Shown here: positions 1 to 13,361 of the stretch, one piece after another
Layout of the letters: each line of letters begins with the position of its first letter
Position numbering within the stretch: position 1 is the first letter of the stretch
Assembly: GCA_904063045.1 (NCBI GenBank)
Contig: CAJFCJ010000009.1
Location: 1,364,968-1,428,967 of the forward strand
DNA from: Dimorphilus gyrociliatus
Taxonomy: Eukaryota > Animalia > Annelida
DNA: 64,000 bases
Reading direction: 5' to 3'
Position numbers and translations under genes: made by a program
The notes under the pieces: model-generated
Seen by the model: the letters and a program-made list of their open reading frames with translations, nothing else
What the model was told of the DNA's origin: nothing
Databases searched by the model: none

Positions 1-96
1 CTGAATAGAACGTAAATATTATCATCTGACTGGAAGGGTAAACTTTTCGTTGTATTTAAAGTTCATTTATAATAAATTGTTTGCCAATTTCCTCAG

Positions 97-1356
97 CCGG
101 TTTAGTATCCATTGGACAAACCGCTAATATAAATATCCCAGTATCTACAGCTGGTGAGTAATACCTTATTAAAGGTTATAGTTGCTATATAATAAACTGT
201 AATATCTTGTTTAATACCTATTAGTGCCTACCACTGATTCCGGAACTCCGATTTATTCCTTAAAGAACAAGGATGGGAAAATCTGCTTTAAGGCTGCTTT
301 CGACTCGGAAGTTCATGTGAGGTTTAAGCCTGATAATACTACCAAGGTTCCATTCATTTATTATTTCCTAACATTTTCCTTATTATCATATAACATCCTA
401 ATGGTACGATAAGAAAAACATACATAAATACATACAGGAAAAGACCGTAGTAGTCAAAGTACCAGCTGATGCGAGCGCAACCGGTAAATGTGACGAATAT
501 AATTCTGCTTTGACTCTAAAATGGTCCAAATATTCTTTAAAATTTTCATTTCAAAAAGTAAGTTTAATTAATTAATTAATTAATTTTTTTATTAAAAAAA
601 AAAGAATTCTATATTTTATAAGTATAATTACTTTTTTTTGTAGAAGGCTGCTAATTTAACAACAAAAAAGCACAAAGCAACGCAATTATACTATTCTAAT
701 GGAGTAAATTTTACTATAAATACTACAAATAATTCTGATTTCCCAGACTTACGTGACGAAGGTTAGTCGTCAAATTGGATAACACTTCTCTCTATTGTTT
801 TTTTTTTTTTTTTCCCTTTATCTTATCTTTCTCAATAAAAGGTACAAAGACTTTAGAGAAGAAAACGAAACAAGTAGGGTTCATAGTATCACCCTCTAAT
901 CAATCATACAGCTGCGTAATACTGCAAAAATATACATTGAAGTTACCGTATTTATATAAAAAAACCAGTCAGTTTAAAAATGCTAAGCTTCATTTGAAAA
1001 ATGTACGATTTCAACCGTTCAACGTACCGGAGAGTGGCAAATTCTTAAAAAGTAAGTGTTACACTTTCAAACCTTTCTTCCTTTAATCAATTTATTAAAA
1101 ATAAACAAACAAAGAGTATAATATAGTTAAAAGAAAAAAGCAAATAGAAGGAAAGCATAAGACTTTATATAAACAAAGAATAAATATTAATATAACAGGT
1201 CACGACTGTCCAGCGGACGTCGCCAATAAACAAGCAAAACAGAATATTGTACCTCTGGTTGTTGCCTCTTCCCTTGGAATTTTCATCATCATAATTATTT
1301 TTGCTTATTTTATTAGTAAAACACTTAATAAACCGGGTTATAAGGCAGTTGATTGA
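97..1356 (+). CDS. LAMP-family lysosome-associated membrane glycoprotein (5' end probably outside window)
   Basis: Exons 97-153, 225-346, 438-557, 644-761, 842-1051, 1199-1356 join in frame with GT-AG borders. LAMP-like Cys pattern (ICFKAAF..., GKCD..., SYSC..., VRFQPFN..., HDCPAD), many NxS/T sites, a TM segment (IVPLVVASSLGIFIIIIIFAYFI) and tail ...PGYKAVD* with a GYxxV sorting motif. Confidence 0.85.
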
Positions 1357-1864
1357 TAAGGAATGAAATATGTTTCCATTTCTTTTATTATTGGTTAACA
1401 TTAAAATTGATGACTCTGCTGTTTTCGTGATTGCATTTTATCTTAGATTGATGATTGTCAGTTTGATCACATTATAAAAATCGCACATTGTTGTTGTTAC
1501 TTATAAAATTTTTTTTTTAATTCATTCATTCTAAAGAATATGTATTCTTAACGTCGTCAAGAACGAATATAAAGATATATCCCTCATTTCCTTATGCAAA
1601 TTAGTTTTCAAACTACATTAAAAAACGTATTCAACATATAGGTTATATACATTCATATACAGCATAAAATATAACATTCTGGGTATACATTAGAGATAGA
1701 ATAGATAACGTACAAACAAGTGCAAATATCAAAAAGGCACCAAATTGAAAACAGAACGAAAAAAGTTGACATGATGTTTTAATAATAAAAAAACGAAGAC
1801 GGATTATTTTGTATACCTGTACAATTTCTAATGATGAGTATATGTATGCACATATATACTAAAA

Positions 1865-1865
<1 letters not shown>

Positions 1866-1910
<45 letters not shown>
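1866..1910. repeat. (TA)n microsatellite
   Basis: About 22 TA units with one interruption, between the convergent LAMP and PAK 3' ends. Confidence 0.95.
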
Positions 1911-2134
1911 CGATATGTTAATTGACACATGTGCTTATGCAAGAATTAAAGCAGGTTAATCAACTCTACAAGTGTTAGGCAGAAATTGATATGTTTTTCT
2001 TTTTTTTAGATTGATATGAGCAATATTTAATCACAGTTTTATACCCTCTTCAAGTGCCTGCTCATCATGCTAAAAAACAAACTAATAGACAACTACAGTC
2101 GAATAACAAATAATATTATCTTAACTCACTCCTT

Positions 2135-4279
<2,145 letters not shown>

Positions 4280-5019
4280 CTTTTATTACCTGTTTATAAA
4301 TTGCGAGAATGGTAAATACGTTCTGATAAAATTCTATACGACAAGCGCATTAATTCTGTCTAGGTTTACACTACTACTTTTTAGATAGCAAAACTTCCGG
4401 TTCTCCTACTTAACCGTACACAAAAGAGGAAATCAAAAAGGTAAAAAGATCCTGTAGCAATATCAATTTCACAGTAGTAAAAATAATATTACTGCTTTCA
4501 CCTCTAATCCCCAAATTACTTCTGTGAGATCGAATAATACATTAATCGGCCCCGTCTCGGTTTTCACCTAATAAAAAACCCGGGACTTTGAAAAAGAGCA
4601 CCAAACTTTGGCAAATAGCCAACGACCATTCGAAGTTTTTACTTCCAATCCAAACCTCTTGAGCAGATCAACTCAACGCAATTGACTACCAAAGCGATAA
4701 ATGCTATTACAATGACGCTGATCCTTAGCACCTTTCACCTTTTCATCTACACTGGTTTATTTACCACGCCCATCGAATTTAGGCTACTACAGCAAAATCA
4801 AAACAAAAATCTACGAAATTTGAAGTTCATTTGGAAACCGGATATTCAGCTTTATGCATTTTTACAGGTAGAACCCATGAATAATAGGTAATACAGAACC
4901 TATTTTATTCCACTTAACTGTGTCTCACCGATGCCCACATAACAAGTACCAAAAAGAACGGTTTAGCTTTATTCAAACACCAAAATCAACCTACTAATTT
5001 AATACGAATCTTTATATTA

Positions 5020-5407
5020 ATACCTGATTCACAAAAATTATTCACGTTTAGAAAAACATCAATAAAACAATCAATTTTCAATTTATCACTCTTCGCGCTC
5101 GCTCATCGTCCATGGACATAATCCACGTGACCTCTTTTGACCAATCACAATCAAAGTCTCAAAAGGTGTATAGAAAACATTTTTGAGATGTACAATTTCG
5201 TGTACTTCCGGTAGCCATTTTGAAAAGTTGTATTTACATATAGGACAACATTTTGTTTTTCCTGAATAGGTCTACAACTAATAATCGCACGCCCAACGTT
5301 ATCCGCCATTTTGTAAGGAACTCGTTGTGAAAGCGTTGTTTTAAAGATTTACCTTCTATTTCTCCCTAGAATATATTTGGTTACGGTTATCTCGATTATT
5401 TCGCATC
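5020..5407. promoter_or_regulatory. Putative bidirectional promoter of PAK (-) and CREBZF (+)
   Basis: Genes diverge here. Motifs seen: CACGTG 5124-5129, CCAAT 5141-5145, ETS-like ACTTCCGG 5204-5211, YY1-like CCGCCATTTT 5303-5312. PAK ATG is preceded by an acceptor (ttataaacag), implying a non-coding first exon. Confidence 0.55.
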
Positions 5408-6373
5408 ATGGAGGTTATGCCGACAAGCGAATTGTATCTGGATGGCGAGAGTGACGAAAATTTAGATGTCTTCCTCACTGAAGCACAGAATGACCTGTTC
5501 GGAGAAATAAGTAAGGAGGTACCGATTGGAAAAATGAGCGCGTTCGATGAAACTGAAACTACTGAATATGAATCTTTGAATTTTAAGTCTAAGTCACCAA
5601 CAAGCCTTGAGCAGCTATCCCCTTCCTCCAACGGATCCAGTGGTTCTGAAGGTCAAGATTTCATTAAATTTCGTACACGAAGAATGCAGACCAGAAGTCA
5701 GACTGAATCAAAAATAAACTCTGTTTCTACAAAGCCAATAAAAGCCTATATATTAAAACCTGTGTCCAAACCATCACAACAGGAAGAGAAGCCCTATGCG
5801 AAAAAATATAGTTCGAATTACTATGACACAGATTCAAATGTGTTTCATTCAAGTATGACAAAAGCTGCATTAGCTGCTAGAGAACAAAGGCAAAAGAAAA
5901 AGAACTATGTAAAAACTTTAGAGGAAACTGTCCACAACCTAAAAGAGGAAAACGCTGCTCTCAAGAAATCCTCAGTTCAGTTAAGCAAGTCAATAAATGA
6001 ATTATCGAACGAGGTGAAGTATTTGAAAAGCGTTTTAGCCAACGAAAGTACTCTTTCTTCTCTTTTAGCTAATCTACCACTAGTTACTAATTCTAATGGT
6101 TTGGCAATACCAATTAATACTGGAAGGAAAAGAAAGCATTATAAAAGAGTGGAAACTTCTGATGATGATAGTGAAATTGATGTTGAATCAACTCCTAAAA
6201 AAGCTTCTAAACACGATCATTCATATGGTTGTCAACAACAGCAAAAAAAGAAGAATGTAGTAGGTGAGCAGTCAGCAGGCATTTGTCTGCACCTAACAAA
6301 CAAACACGTTTCTGTTGAATTTTGTCCGCAATGCAACAGCAAATCGAATCGACTGGCTTCAAAATTCGAATGA
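5408..6373 (+). CDS. CREBZF: CREBZF/Zhangfei-like bZIP protein, intronless
   Basis: 321-aa ORF with bZIP AAREQRQKKKNYVKTLEETVHNLKEEN...EVKYLKSVLANESTLSSLL and C-terminal GICLHL...VSVEFCPQC, both matching remembered CREBZF motifs (YLRAVLANET; GVCLHV..VSVEFC). Confidence 0.85.
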   Translation: MEVMPTSELYLDGESDENLDVFLTEAQNDLFGEISKEVPIGKMSAFDETETTEYESLNFKSKSPTSLEQLSPSSNGSSGSEGQDFIKFRTRRMQTRSQTESKINSVSTKPIKAYILKPVSKPSQQEEKPYAKKYSSNYYDTDSNVFHSSMTKAALAAREQRQKKKNYVKTLEETVHNLKEENAALKKSSVQLSKSINELSNEVKYLKSVLANESTLSSLLANLPLVTNSNGLAIPINTGRKRKHYKRVETSDDDSEIDVESTPKKASKHDHSYGCQQQQKKKNVVGEQSAGICLHLTNKHVSVEFCPQCNSKSNRLASKFE

Positions 6374-7379
6374 ACAAACTTAAAAGAACAGACTATAAAG
6401 AAGACAAGCTTATAGCTATGTCAGTATGATTTTCTTATGTAAAAGCCAATGGGTGACTTCGTGCTGCAGTTATCCGTTGGCTTATTTTTCATTTTTTCTG
6501 CGAGCAATTCTGTTAGTATTAATAGTTTCTTCATTTTCAGCATCATACTGAGTGCGGAAGAATGTCACGCTCATAGCCGTGATAACGCTTGACCGTGTCA
6601 GTAATTATCACATTCATTTGGTGCAAGATGACTGGAGAAATTATATACTGCTTTTTCGATTCAAATATTAATAATAATTTCTCCGATCATCTTACCACAA
6701 CTACATTCCGCAATCACGATTTCGCATACATACGAAAGAAAGAGAACAAAAACAACATAACTAATAGTGAAGTGATATTAATTAATTACTTTTGTTTCAG
6801 CAGTTGGGCATTTTGTTGGTCAAAGATGGCCGGTAATGTAAATTCGTATCGATAAAATCAGGGAGTTTGAGTAGTTAGGGAAATGTTATATTATTATGTT
6901 TGTTAATAACAGTTTCAAAAGAAGACGCTGCGCCGAAACTAGAAAAATCTGAAGCTGAAAGTAAGGTGAGAGTAAACACAGTCGTAAGAGGTTCTATCTG
7001 TATGCCCATATTTTTGTAAATAATTTTTTATATACTTAATGAGCGAAATCCTTCTGCAGCACAAATTATAAAAAATAGAACCATATCAATAATAAAAGAT
7101 TTATTATTCAAGGAAGGGTTTTGTGAAAATGTATACTTTTGTAAAAAAAAATATTGTATTGTCACTTGAGAGAATAAACTATAAATGTATTAAAAAATTT
7201 ATATTTTTTTAATGATAAATATTGCAATCTTAATATCAATTTATAAACATGACCTGAATATTTATCTGGTGTTGAGGAGTGTTCGATAGTATAACAGTTT
7301 AAGAAGTAAGTATCTTATTTTAAGCGAAAACATGACGTCTTTATGTATTATGGAAAGAAAACTTTGATTTTTCGATACT

Positions 7380-8518
7380 TTATCGCACTTTACTCTTACC
7401 ATTATTCAAAAGTCCGTAAATTCTTTTCACATTAGAATAAGCATTTTTTGGTATAATATAATGGTGAGTGTGAATATGAACGTCCTCGGAGACATCTGTA
7501 CGATAGGGGCAGGGTTTCACTTGGACCATAACAGTACCACCAGGTTTTGGAGGTTCGTAGGGGTCCCTTAACTCAAATCTCTTCATGGTTGAAACATAAC
7601 TCACCCTCGATCTAATAGTCAACTGTTTGCTCGATTGTTGAATTGTCCCTTGAAGAAAATCTTCAATTTTTCGTTCCATCATTTGCAAAGATTGTTCTCC
7701 TGTTTCATTGTCGAAACAGTTCTGTGGAGTCATCGATAGTTTCCCGCTAAAATTAACATTTGTTCAATTACATCAAATAATGAGAGCTAAGAATAATTAA
7801 TCATGTGACGTCAAGTATTTAACAATAGGGAATAGGTACTCTTCTTCAAGAAGTGGACGTATGATTAGTATAGAGGTACAAAAGAACTTACCTTTCCAAC
7901 CGTTTCGGCGCAGTTTGTGGTCTGACAAGCGTATTTAAAGATTTTGTATGCTCTCTTTCCTTCATCCTCTTGACGAACTTATCTCGACTGACATCGACGT
8001 ATCTTTGACGTCGTTCTATTTCGCTAGCAACACCTCTGCAAACAAGTCGATGAGTTAAAAAGCGCTCTTTTGTCCAGTGGAAATGATTATCGATACCTTA
8101 GCTTCGAATTATGTTCAATATCACTCTCAAAAAGTAGCGTCATACTGTTTAATTCCGAAATGACTGGCTGAACAGTATGTGGCCGTTGGTTAGGCGTCGG
8201 GGCTTCGTCGGAAATACTCAATTGTTCAAAATTGGCTGGCAGATGGTTTGAATCGCATTTTAAAGCCCTCTTTTGAATCCTTTCTAAATCCCTTCGTTTT
8301 TCTTTTACATTTTCTTCTACAGTTCGCCTATCCTTCTCCTCTTGTAACCTTTCGATTTTATATAATTTTTCAAGTTCTCTCTTAGTCCTGGCACGTTGTC
8401 CCCGGAGAAAGCCAGCTGATCTAACTCTTTGTAATCGATTTTCTAGTTTTTGAATGTAATAATTCCTTTCTCGAGGCTTCGGTATATAAAACTCTTCACT
8501 ACCATCATCGGTAGTCAT
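7380..8518 (-). CDS. Uncharacterised coiled-coil, R/K/E-rich protein
   Basis: Exons 8518-8097, 8035-7892, 7746-~7380 join in phase. Charged helical N-half and RPHT/RPQTAP motifs. 3' end uncertain (stop at 7380 or a donor near 7397). Confidence 0.65.
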
Positions 8519-8987
8519 GGCGGATGATATAATAAAAAAGTTACATTTACTTATGCATTTTATCGCTTTCTTATCAGTATCTTAACGTGTTCGGTAATTT
8601 TTTAAAGGTATTTAGATAAGATATAGTTTCATATTTTGTTTCCATGTGAAAACATTACACATCATGCGCATGACACAGGCCTAATGAGGCTATTTTCAAT
8701 TTAATGCCTTAGGGCACCATCGAGAAGAATCGGCTGTTTTAAAATTTCCTTTGATCTCAAATAGGCATTTTACAACCTTAATAATAGTTTTTCACCTCTA
8801 TAAGAATTTTATACTACTACTCATAATTTTCTAACTCATTTTTAATTAAAAATTTTTAAAGATAAAAACTTTCGCCGTAGTTTTTTAAGACGTAAATTCT
8901 ATTTTATTCAAGCGATTGTTGTTGAATTTTTTTTCACAAGATTCACAATGAGAAATGAAAAAGTTTATAGACTACTAGTGTCAATAT

Positions 8988-11900
8988 TCACCACTTGAAT
9001 TTGAAGTCCATTTTTATTAGGTACTTCATCCTTACTTGAGAAACATCGTAGACAATGTATTCGTTATATAATAAACTGGTTCTTTCTCCTTTTGAATTTG
9101 TACCTTTTCCTAGAGGAATTTCTACTCCGTCTCCTGTAATAATCTTATCCTCTGGATTTGGAACGGTCATCCCCTTTCCTTTTGTACTATGTTTGCCCTT
9201 AGGTAAATTAGTAACGTATTCGGCTGCCTTACATTCATACATATTACCGAGAGCTACTTCGCATAACAGCAACAAGCCCGTAGGCTCTGCTTTAGACGTT
9301 CGACAGTAGTTAGCAGATTTTGATACCATGTCAGCGAAATAGATACCCTTTCCAAACATATAACCGGTAACTGGCGCCTCTGGTGGAGCTATACGTAGAC
9401 CTTGGGAAAGTATACCAGCAAAGTTAGTGGTCCTTGAACCATGCCATAAAAGTTGACGATTGTGCAGATCTTTGAATGGTTTATATCTTTTATCTTCCCC
9501 GTGTTTATCTATTTTAAGTACATCTATAACTTCCAATTGATATTGGTTGTGTGTAGCAGCGTGGGTATTACGAACGTAATCGACAATTTGCTTAAATTCT
9601 AAAGATTCCTTGTTCAAAACTTCCATATCCGTTTTGAGAGATTGATAATGAACATCAATGGGGTCACTTTCACTACCCTTTCCTCCTTTCAATAGGCTGT
9701 AAGCGACTTCAATATCTAGTAAATTGGTCAACATGTCATTTTTTGACTTGATAATATCTACCGTATTTAGTACAGTAGGTTTTCTTAAACCGAAATCATG
9801 TGGAATTAGTGTATAAAACCTGTTCGACGCGTCCAAGTATTGTGTAGGACTTCCGCCAGTGTCTATTAAATGTTGAAGCTCGTTAAGTACTTTATAAGCA
9901 TCTTCGATCTGTTTCTTAGATAACTTTCCAAGCGGCATTTTCTTTAGATCAATTTCAAATTCGAGCATAGCCTTCTTCATACTTTCCACATCGAAAATTA
10001 GGCGTATAATGTCTTGAATTTCTTTCGCCAATTTCGAATTACTTTTCCCAGATAGATCAACTTCAATATCTTCATCTTCGGCGCCGTAGTCAATTTCAAT
10101 AGGATAAAATTTTCGCGGTTTCTTCTGAAAATCTTTTCTCTCTGACCATTCATTTCCGGTTTTCTCGTAATAAACTGTAGTAAAGTTGTCAATTGCTCTG
10201 TCCTTTGATCGAAATTCATCTAATTTATTACCGCCTATTGTTGTTCCAACACGACCCCAGGCTCTAAAAACCCAAAATAATTTCCCTTTATCAGATTCTA
10301 ATATTTGAAGTTTATAGTAAGAGTTGGTCCCTTTTTGAATGTCAACCATATTTAAAACAACATTGTAAGGCTCCCCCTTATCTTGTAGAAGATGAGCGGT
10401 ATCTTCGAGTCCTGAATCGGGATCTACAGCTGCTCCTCCTTTCACTTTCATTTTTGTCTTTTCAGCCCCAGAGAACATTTTCTCATCCTTCTCTCTCTGT
10501 TTCTCCATAATTGACTTTCTAATTTTGGGTTTCTGTATTCTTTGCTTTGGCTAAAAATGCATCATGTACTTGTTAAATAAACGCAAAATGTAACTTTAAA
10601 TGTATAAATAAACAAACAAAATCACTGAAACGTAATAAACTTACATCATCTCCCCAATCGCAAAGTTTATGCTTGTCAATCAAAGAAACAGGGTCGACTT
10701 TCATAGCCTCTTCTAAGAAATCCTCTTTAACAACTTGTATATTATTCTTTTTAGCTTCTTTAATAACCTTTAAATTTTTCTTTACTTCGGCCTCATTGCT
10801 AAAGACTGCAAATGTTTTTTCGTCCACTGCAGTTGCAACTGTACCACCCAGATCTTTAATTTCTTTAGTCAATTCGGCTTTGGATTTTGTAGTTTTTCCA
10901 ATAACGAAAGTCATTCCCTTAAGTGGTAATTCAACATTTGCATCAGTTCCTGCGTTGACAGCCGTTTTAGGAGCAGGTGGAAACACTCTTGTCCGCTTCT
11001 TATACTTGTACTTAGCCCTAAAAATCGTCAACGAAAATATTGAATGTAAAAATTGCCAACAACCTTTGGGAATGAAAATTTGTGAAAGCAAAGCTACACA
11101 GTGAAAGGTAAAGGTGAAATGAAAAGATTCAAGATCATAGCACTCACAAACAATCGGCGTCTAAATACTCCTCAGGGATTTTAAAAGGTTTTCTTTCAGG
11201 CGTAACCGTAGTATAACTACAGGCAGTAAAGCCTGAAAAGTTTCCAGTGCATCGGTAACAACTTTTCCCAGTACTGTAATATATTTTGAAAAACGAAAGA
11301 AAATCATAGTGTAAAGTGAAAGTGATTAAGAAAGTAAAAGAAAGAGTAAAATAGATTAAAGACAGATTGAGCTTTTGCCTTAGGGAATCACGACAGTCAA
11401 GGATCGCTGCTTGCAAGCGTTCACTCACAAATATTCAACATCGTGATAATCCTCTGGTATTTCAAATTTATCCCGCTCGGGTTCAGAAGTTCTATACTGA
11501 CACTTCGTCCAAGCAGAAATATTACCACGGCATGAATAACCGTATTTACTAATTTGGGCGAGAAACTCGTCATCTTACGTCTTCAATTTGTTTATAATAA
11601 ACATGGTATATAGATATTTAAACAAACATACCTGTGTACCAATTGACCTTCTTTACATTCAGGACACTTTTTCAACAACCCAAATGCCATACAATCAGTA
11701 ACTCTGTCTAATAAATTATCGTTCCCTGATGGAACGTCCTGATTATTGTATTCCAAAAGGCCTTTTAAAGCGTTATTCGAAACTTCATTCGACAATTTAT
11801 CCCTTATGGCCCACAACATCTCAGATTGCTCTCTTAATTTCTTTTCCTCGGGCTTTTCCTCTTTTTCTTTCTCTTTCTTAACTTTTTTAGGTTTTGTCGC

Positions 11901-12828
11901 TTCAGTGCCGCCGGTTGCTTTTCGTTTTCTATTTACGAAATTACGCAATTCAACATTGACCAGATAAATAAACATTCGTGTTTATACATACACGCCTTTG
12001 CCTAATTTCTCGATTAGCGTTTCCTTATCCTCTTTTGCTAATTGCTTGTAACCGGGTATCCTTTCAAAGGTATAAATGTTTTAATAAGTTATGTAATCGG
12101 GTTGAAAATTAATTGTTGAATTCTAAATATAAGAAAACACTAACTGATCTGGCTGCATCTCAGTTGAAAATCCAAGATCATCCCGATTTTCAACAAAGCA
12201 ATCTTGATGATACCACATATTCTGAGGTCCGTACATTCTAGCTCTTTGCGATTCAAAGTCCTTCTTAGCCAATCTAACTTCCTGCTTTGGAATTTTGCTG
12301 TCACATCCCCTACAGACACTCGCTCCGGACTTAGCATAGTCAATCAGAAAATCTTTGTAATTCGTTTCGCCACTATAAGCACCATCTTCACCATCTGCTG
12401 AACCTATTGAACAATCACCTGTTAAAAATTACTTTACAAGCCATATGACCTAACCTGACACTTTGTCTTTAATCTTTTTCTGATCGTCCCATCTGAGGGC
12501 ATCGAAATTATGAATTTGATTCACAGAAAGTAACCCTCTAACTCGTTCCCAAAAACAGTTATAATGATACCAGTTAGGCGTCTAAAATGAGTTGGCATTT
12601 ATAAATATTATTACTATGTTCATTAAAAATACCTTTCCGTCAAAATGGGGACTCTGAAAGGGCATAAAAATAATTAGTTGAACATTTTTGATGAAAAATC
12701 AACAGTCCAACCTGAACCATTATAGCTAATCTTAAACTGTCTTTTCCTATGTTTTTGAAGCATTTTTTGCAACTAGCGCGATTGCTTTTTGCGTATTCCG
12801 CTTTGAACGGATATTCACTGTCTCCCAT
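8988..12828 (-). CDS. PARP1: Poly(ADP-ribose) polymerase 1
   Basis: Exons 12828-12712, 12653-12633 (21 nt, SPHFDGK), 12581-12455, 12418-12145, 12060-11992, 11928-11632, [11548-11429 or 11273-11148], 11017-10645, 10550-8988. Contains Zn1 ([13 protein letters not shown]...WYHYNC), Zn2 ([13 protein letters not shown]...WYHQDC), Zn3, BRCT, WGR (RAWGRVG), helical domain and catalytic H-Y-E triad (WHGS, GIYFAD, YNEYIVY). Confidence 0.98.
11148..11273 (-). other. PARP1: PARP1 Zn3 second-half exon, copy B (variant, Trp->Phe)
   Basis: 126 nt, phase 2-2, ttacag|T...TT|gtgagtg. Encodes (S)[41 protein letters not shown](L); 19/37 aligned residues identical to copy A. Confidence 0.85.
11429..11548 (-). 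other. PARP1: PARP1 Zn3 second-half exon, copy A (canonical, Trp-containing)
   Basis: 120 nt, phase 2-2, aattag|T...TT|gtgagtg. Encodes (S)[39 protein letters not shown](L). Confidence 0.92.
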
Positions 12829-13361
12829 ATCGAAATAAAGAAAAGATTGTTTTGTGAGTAGTATTTATATATTACAAATATTTTCGAAACACCATGGGCA
12901 AGTTGGAAATCGCGCAAACAAGCAAAGAGTGGTTACGAAAGGAAAATTGCCCATTCAACCGAAAAATAGGCGCGGAAGCCCCAACCAAACAACTTTTTTT
13001 GCAAAATTTATTTTTGTCTAAAATAATTTTCTTTTTAATTTAATATTATTGTTTACATAGTTTATCAATATTTAAATTTAAAAAATTTATCTTTTTTATC
13101 AATAAACAAATATTATCCTGTGAAAAAAAAACTTGCATTGTAGACACAGTATTGTTTAGCATATTGTAATGGCGGCTCATGCAAACTAACGTCTTAGACT
13201 TTCAAAGTTTCCTCAGAGAATACAGCTGCCCTTACCATATTTTTTACATATAAATTATTAGAAATATTTCGAAATTGTGTTCAAGTAAGTGTACTATAAA
13301 ATAGTTATGAATTTTTCTGGAAATCAACTATTAACTTGCAGACCATCCAGTTAAGTCCGAA

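Noticed and set aside
11521-11548. Suspected +1 frameshift in PARP1 exon A
   Set aside because: Careful reverse-complementing gives GGT TAT TCA TGC CGT GGT, in frame.
12905-12980. GCGC-rich words in the PARP1-CDC25 divergent promoter as E2F sites
   Set aside because: They do not match TTTSSCGC exactly; not claimed.
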